DNA of 64,000 bases from assembly GCA_024710845.1 (NCBI GenBank), contig JANJTZ010000023.1:12248-76247 (forward strand), written 5' to 3'. The notes beneath the pieces were generated by a model. It worked only from the letters and a program-made list of their open reading frames with translations, had not been told where the DNA came from and did no database searches. Both the position numbers and the translations under genes were made by a program. This DNA is from Mesorhizobium sp. GTDB lineage: Bacteria; Pseudomonadota; Alphaproteobacteria; Rhizobiales; Rhizobiaceae. Positions 60,298-64,000 of the stretch are shown piece by piece; within the stretch, counting starts at the first letter, position 1; every line of letters begins with the position of its first letter.

Positions 60298-60711
60298 ATG
60301 GTTGAAGAGAGCATGGCGACGAAGACAGATCTGACACGCAACCAGACGCTCGTGCTCGGCAGGCTCGAAAAGGCCGAAGGCCCGCTCAGCGCCTATGCCC
60401 TGCTCGACCAGTTGCGCGACGACGGCTTTCGCGCCCCGCTCCAGGTCTACCGCGCGCTCGACACGCTGATGAAGAGCGGGTTCGTGCACCGACTGGAGAG
60501 CATCAATTCCTTCGTCGCCTGCCACGGCCATCATCACCACGACCACGGCATGACCGGCTTCGCCATCTGCGAGACCTGCGGCCAGGTGACGGAGTTCACC
60601 GATCCGGTCGTGACCGAGCGGCTCGAAGCCTGGGCCGAGGCGAGCGGCTTTAGGCCGAACAAGGCCGTCATCGAATTCCGCGGCACCTGCGCGACCTGCG
60701 CGGGGGCGTAG
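60298..60711 (+). CDS. zur: Fur family transcriptional regulator, Zur-like
   Basis: 137 aa; wHTH, a His-rich CHGHHHHDH stretch, and CETC...CATC zinc motifs. Confidence 0.8.
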   Translation: MVEESMATKTDLTRNQTLVLGRLEKAEGPLSAYALLDQLRDDGFRAPLQVYRALDTLMKSGFVHRLESINSFVACHGHHHHDHGMTGFAICETCGQVTEFTDPVVTERLEAWAEASGFRPNKAVIEFRGTCATCAGA

Positions 60712-60740
60712 AGGTTTCGGCAGCCGTAATTCCCACTGAC

Positions 60741-60874
60741 GCCGTCATCCCGGACGCCGGAGGCGATCCGGGACCCATTGGCATCGACAATTGACAGCCG
60801 AAACGCGACGGAGCTTGGGCGAACTCGCGGAGAAGAATGGGTCCCGGATGGCCTTCGGCCTCCGGGATGACGGC
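60741..60874. repeat. 134-bp nested-palindrome intergenic element (REP/MITE-like)
   Basis: 37-nt terminal inverted repeats: GCCGTCATCCCGGACGCCGGAGGCGATCCGGGACCCA (60741-77) and its near-complement at 60838-74. Each arm is itself a TCCCGGA-N11/12-TCCGGGA hairpin. Confidence 0.65.
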
Positions 60875-60950
60875 CGCGTGAGAAAGTCCGACTGACCTCG
60901 GACGTGCGGCGTTCGGTTGACACCAGCGGGGCGTCATTGCGAGGCCGCCG

Positions 60951-63917
60951 TCAATGTGCCTCGTCCCAGTTGTGGGCGGCCCGCGCGTCGACGTTGAGCG
61001 GCACCGACATGGCTACCGCCGGCATCGCCGCGTTCTCCATCACGTCGCGGATCACGGGGATCGCCGGCTCGACATCGTCCTCGCGCGCCTCGAAGATCAG
61101 TTCGTCATGCACCTGCAGCAGCATGCGCACGGCGTCCAGTCCAGCCTCGGCAAGCGCCGCGTCCATGCGGATCATCGCCCGGCGGATGATGTCGGCCGCC
61201 GTGCCCTGCAAACGTGCATTGGTCGAGGCACGCTCGTTGAAGGCGCGCACCGACGGGTTCGGCGAGCGGATTTCCGGATAATGGATACGCCGACCGAACA
61301 CCGTCTCGACATAGCCTTCGCGGCGGGCGAACTCCTTCGTCTCCTCGATGTAGTCGCGGATGCCGGGGAAGCGCTCGAAATACTTCTTGATGTAGCTGCT
61401 GGCCTCCTCGCGCGGGATCGACAGCTGGTTGGCCAGCCCGAAAGCCGAGATGCCGTAGATGATGCCGAAATTGATCGCCTTGGCGCGGCGGCGGATTTCC
61501 GACGGCATGCCCTCGACCGGCACGTTGAACATCTCCGACGCGGTGATCGCGTGAATGTCCGCGCCTTCCGAAAACGCCTGCTTGAGCTGCGGGATGTCGG
61601 CGACATGCGCCAGCACGCGCAGCTCGATCTGGCTGTAGTCGGCCGAGATCAGCTTATGGCCGGGTTCGGCGACGAAAGCGGTGCGGATCTTGCGGCCTTC
61701 GGCCGTTCGCACCGGAATGTTCTGCAGGTTCGGATCGGAGGACGACAACCGCCCGGTGGTCGTCGACGCCAATGCGTAGGAGGTGTGCACGCGGCCCGTC
61801 TCCGGGTTGACGAAGCCCGGCAGCGCGTCGGTATAGGTCGATTTCAGCTTGGTCAGCTGGCGCCAGTCGACGATCTTGCGCGGCAGCTCGTGCCCTTCCG
61901 CCGCCAGGTCCTCCAGCAGTTGCGCCGAGGTCGACCACTGGCCGGTCTTGGTCTTCGACCCGCCCGGCAGGCCCATGCGGCCGAACAGGATGTCGCCCAG
62001 CTGCTTGGGCGAGCCGATGTTCACGCGCTCGCCGACCAGCGCGTAGATCTCATCCTCGATGCGCGCCGCGCCCTGCGCCAGTTCGCCCGACAGCCGCGAC
62101 AGGATCTGACGGTCGATCGAGATGCCGCGCTGCTCCATGTTGGCCAGCACCGGCACCAACGGCCGCTCCAGCCGCTCGTAGACCGAGACCAGCCCCTTGG
62201 CGACGAGGCGCGGCTTCAGCACCTGCCACAGCCGCAGCGTCACGTCCGCGTCCTCGGCGGCATAGGCGGTCGCCTTGTCGAGTTCGACCATGTCGAAGGT
62301 CTGGAAGGATTTGCCCGAGCCGCTCACGTCCTTGAAGGCGATCGGCTTGTGGCCGAGCCACTTCTCCGACAGCGCATCCATGCCGTGGCCGCCATTGGTG
62401 CCGCCGTCAGTGACGTAGGAGATCAGCATCGTGTCGTCATAAGGCCTGACGTCGACGCCGTGGCGGTTCATCACCACCAGATCGTATTTCAGGTTCTGTC
62501 CGATCTTGAGGACCGACGGGTCCTCCAGCAGCGGCTTCAGCGCGGCCAGCGCGTCGCGGATCGGGATCTGGTTCTCGATCAGCCCGCCGCCCAGCAGGTC
62601 GCCGCGCCCGCTCTTGTGGGCAAGCGGCACATAGGCGGCGCGGCCGGGCGCGGTGGCGATCGAGAAGCCGCACAGCTCCGCCTGCATCGGGTCGAGCGAG
62701 GTGGTCTCGGTGTCGAAGGCGACGATCCCCGCTTCGCGCGCCTCGTCCATCCAGCGGTAGAGCTCGGCGATGTCACGGATGCAGGCATAGGCCGCCGTGT
62801 CGAACTTGGCCGAGCCCGCCGCTTCCGCCCGCGCGGCGGCAAGAACGGCGGGGGTATTTCCCTCGCCCGGGAGCATGCTGGCAGGCGCGGCGATGGGCTG
62901 TGCCTTGACCGACGCCTCGGCCCCTCCCGTCGATGGGGCAGCGGCCTCTCCCGACCCGACATCCGGCCCATGCGCCGTTTCGCCGAACTCGACCTTCACC
63001 TCGGCCGGCTCGACCTCAGCCGCGTCGGTGCCGCTCGCCTCCGCCACGCGGCGGGTCAGCGTCGTGAACTCCAGCGCCTTGAGGAAGGCAATCAGCTTCG
63101 GCCCGTTCGGCGGCTGGAGGACGAAATCCTCCAGCGGTTCGACGTTCGGCACATCGTCCTTCAGCGTCACCAGCAGGCGCGAGATGCGCGCCTTCTCGGC
63201 GTTGGCGATGATCGCCTCGCGCCGCTTCTCCTGCTTGATCTCGCCCGCGCGGACCAGCAGCGTCTCCAGATCGCCGAACTGCTCGAGCAGGAGTGCGGCC
63301 GTCTTCGGCCCGATGCCCGGAACGCCCGGCACGTTGTCGACGGAATCGCCGGTCAGTGCCTGGAGATCGATCATCTTCTCCGGCGGCACACCCCATTTCT
63401 CGACGACTTCGGGGATGCCGATCTGCTTGTCCTTCATCGGGTCGTACATCCACACCGAGGGCCCGACGAGCTGCATCAGGTCCTTGTCGGAGGAGATGAT
63501 CGTGGCGTCCGCTCCCGCTTCCCGCGCCAGCCGGCAATAGGTGGCGATGAGATCGTCGGCCTCGAACCCCTCCATCTCGACGCAGGGCAGGTCGAAGGCC
63601 TTCGTCGCCTGGCGGATCAGGCCGAATTGCGGCACCAGGTCCTCGGGAGGCGCCGAGCGGTTCGCCTTGTATTCGGGATAGAGCGTGTTGCGGAACGTCT
63701 TCGACGAATAGTCGAAGATCACCGCCAGATGGGTGGGCGTCACGCCGACGTCCGTGTTGCGGGCGTCGAGCATCAGCTTCCACAGCATGTTGCAGAAGCC
63801 GGATACCGCGCCGACAGGCAGCCCGTCCGACTTGCGGGTCAGCGGCGGCAACGCATGGTAGGCGCGGAAGATGTAGCCCGAACCGTCGATGAGGAAGAGA
63901 TGATCGCCTTTTTTCAT
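60951..63917 (-). CDS. polA: DNA polymerase I
   Basis: 988 aa; 5'-nuclease (LFLIDGSGYIFRAYHA), 3'-5' exonuclease (FDTETTSLD) and polymerase motifs (DYSQIELR, QVHDEL). Confidence 0.97.
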   Translation of the reverse strand: MKKGDHLFLIDGSGYIFRAYHALPPLTRKSDGLPVGAVSGFCNMLWKLMLDARNTDVGVTPTHLAVIFDYSSKTFRNTLYPEYKANRSAPPEDLVPQFGLIRQATKAFDLPCVEMEGFEADDLIATYCRLAREAGADATIISSDKDLMQLVGPSVWMYDPMKDKQIGIPEVVEKWGVPPEKMIDLQALTGDSVDNVPGVPGIGPKTAALLLEQFGDLETLLVRAGEIKQEKRREAIIANAEKARISRLLVTLKDDVPNVEPLEDFVLQPPNGPKLIAFLKALEFTTLTRRVAEASGTDAAEVEPAEVKVEFGETAHGPDVGSGEAAAPSTGGAEASVKAQPIAAPASMLPGEGNTPAVLAAARAEAAGSAKFDTAAYACIRDIAELYRWMDEAREAGIVAFDTETTSLDPMQAELCGFSIATAPGRAAYVPLAHKSGRGDLLGGGLIENQIPIRDALAALKPLLEDPSVLKIGQNLKYDLVVMNRHGVDVRPYDDTMLISYVTDGGTNGGHGMDALSEKWLGHKPIAFKDVSGSGKSFQTFDMVELDKATAYAAEDADVTLRLWQVLKPRLVAKGLVSVYERLERPLVPVLANMEQRGISIDRQILSRLSGELAQGAARIEDEIYALVGERVNIGSPKQLGDILFGRMGLPGGSKTKTGQWSTSAQLLEDLAAEGHELPRKIVDWRQLTKLKSTYTDALPGFVNPETGRVHTSYALASTTTGRLSSSDPNLQNIPVRTAEGRKIRTAFVAEPGHKLISADYSQIELRVLAHVADIPQLKQAFSEGADIHAITASEMFNVPVEGMPSEIRRRAKAINFGIIYGISAFGLANQLSIPREEASSYIKKYFERFPGIRDYIEETKEFARREGYVETVFGRRIHYPEIRSPNPSVRAFNERASTNARLQGTAADIIRRAMIRMDAALAEAGLDAVRMLLQVHDELIFEAREDDVEPAIPVIRDVMENAAMPAVAMSVPLNVDARAAHNWDEAH

Positions 63918-64000
63918 GGCCGAAGGGATAGCGCCTGCGGCGCGTCCGGTCCATGCTTCGCCTCGATACTGATGACAACTTCCGGACTATGACTGAGTCA

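Noticed and set aside
60954-63992. 1012-aa ORF on the plus strand opposite polA
   Set aside because: Antisense to an unambiguous full-length DNA polymerase I. Composition is Arg/Gly/Asp/Leu-rich with no domain signatures. High-GC artefact.

Overview
High-GC (roughly 62-70% in hand-counted coding lines) chromosomal segment. Gene content and order fit an alphaproteobacterium of the Hyphomicrobiales/Rhizobiales, Mesorhizobium/Phyllobacteriaceae-like: rdgB-VOC-rph divergent from hrcA-grpE, a five-step hut locus, and ATTCGCY heptamer repeats. I call 64 protein genes, one tRNA-Leu(CAG), three reasonably clear intrinsic terminators and a few repeats and operator candidates. No rRNA, CRISPR array, transposase, integrase or recognisable prophage or defence genes were seen.

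Layout:
- 1-8.7 kb: housekeeping and heat shock (rdgB, rph, hrcA, grpE, cysK).
- 8.7-11.8 kb: 1000-aa secreted caspase-fold protein with ten perfectly phased 47-aa repeats, just downstream of a cytochrome c gene.
- 12.4-19.8 kb: hutC-hutF divergent from hutIHGU.
- 19.8-25.1 kb: GH43, aldo-keto reductase, LacI regulator, gnd.
- 25.2-26.2 kb: low-GC two-gene insert (cupin plus orphan).
- 26.2-33.8 kb: seven-gene uronate locus (uxaC-dctPQM-gntR-kduI-kduD).
- 33.9-40.3 kb: uncharacterised sugar or sugar-acid cluster.
- 40.4-51.3 kb: envelope and central metabolism genes, ending at tRNA-Leu.
- 51.3-53.2 kb: AT-rich spacer plus secreted S1 protease.
- 54.6-58.1 kb: four-gene, translationally coupled module led by a second secreted caspase-fold protease.
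- 58.1-64 kb: rpe, gph, zur, a nested-palindrome repeat, polA.

The best candidates for undescribed biology are the two envelope-targeted caspase-fold loci, especially 54610-58085. All functional calls rest on motif and family recognition from the translated ORFs. No database search was run.
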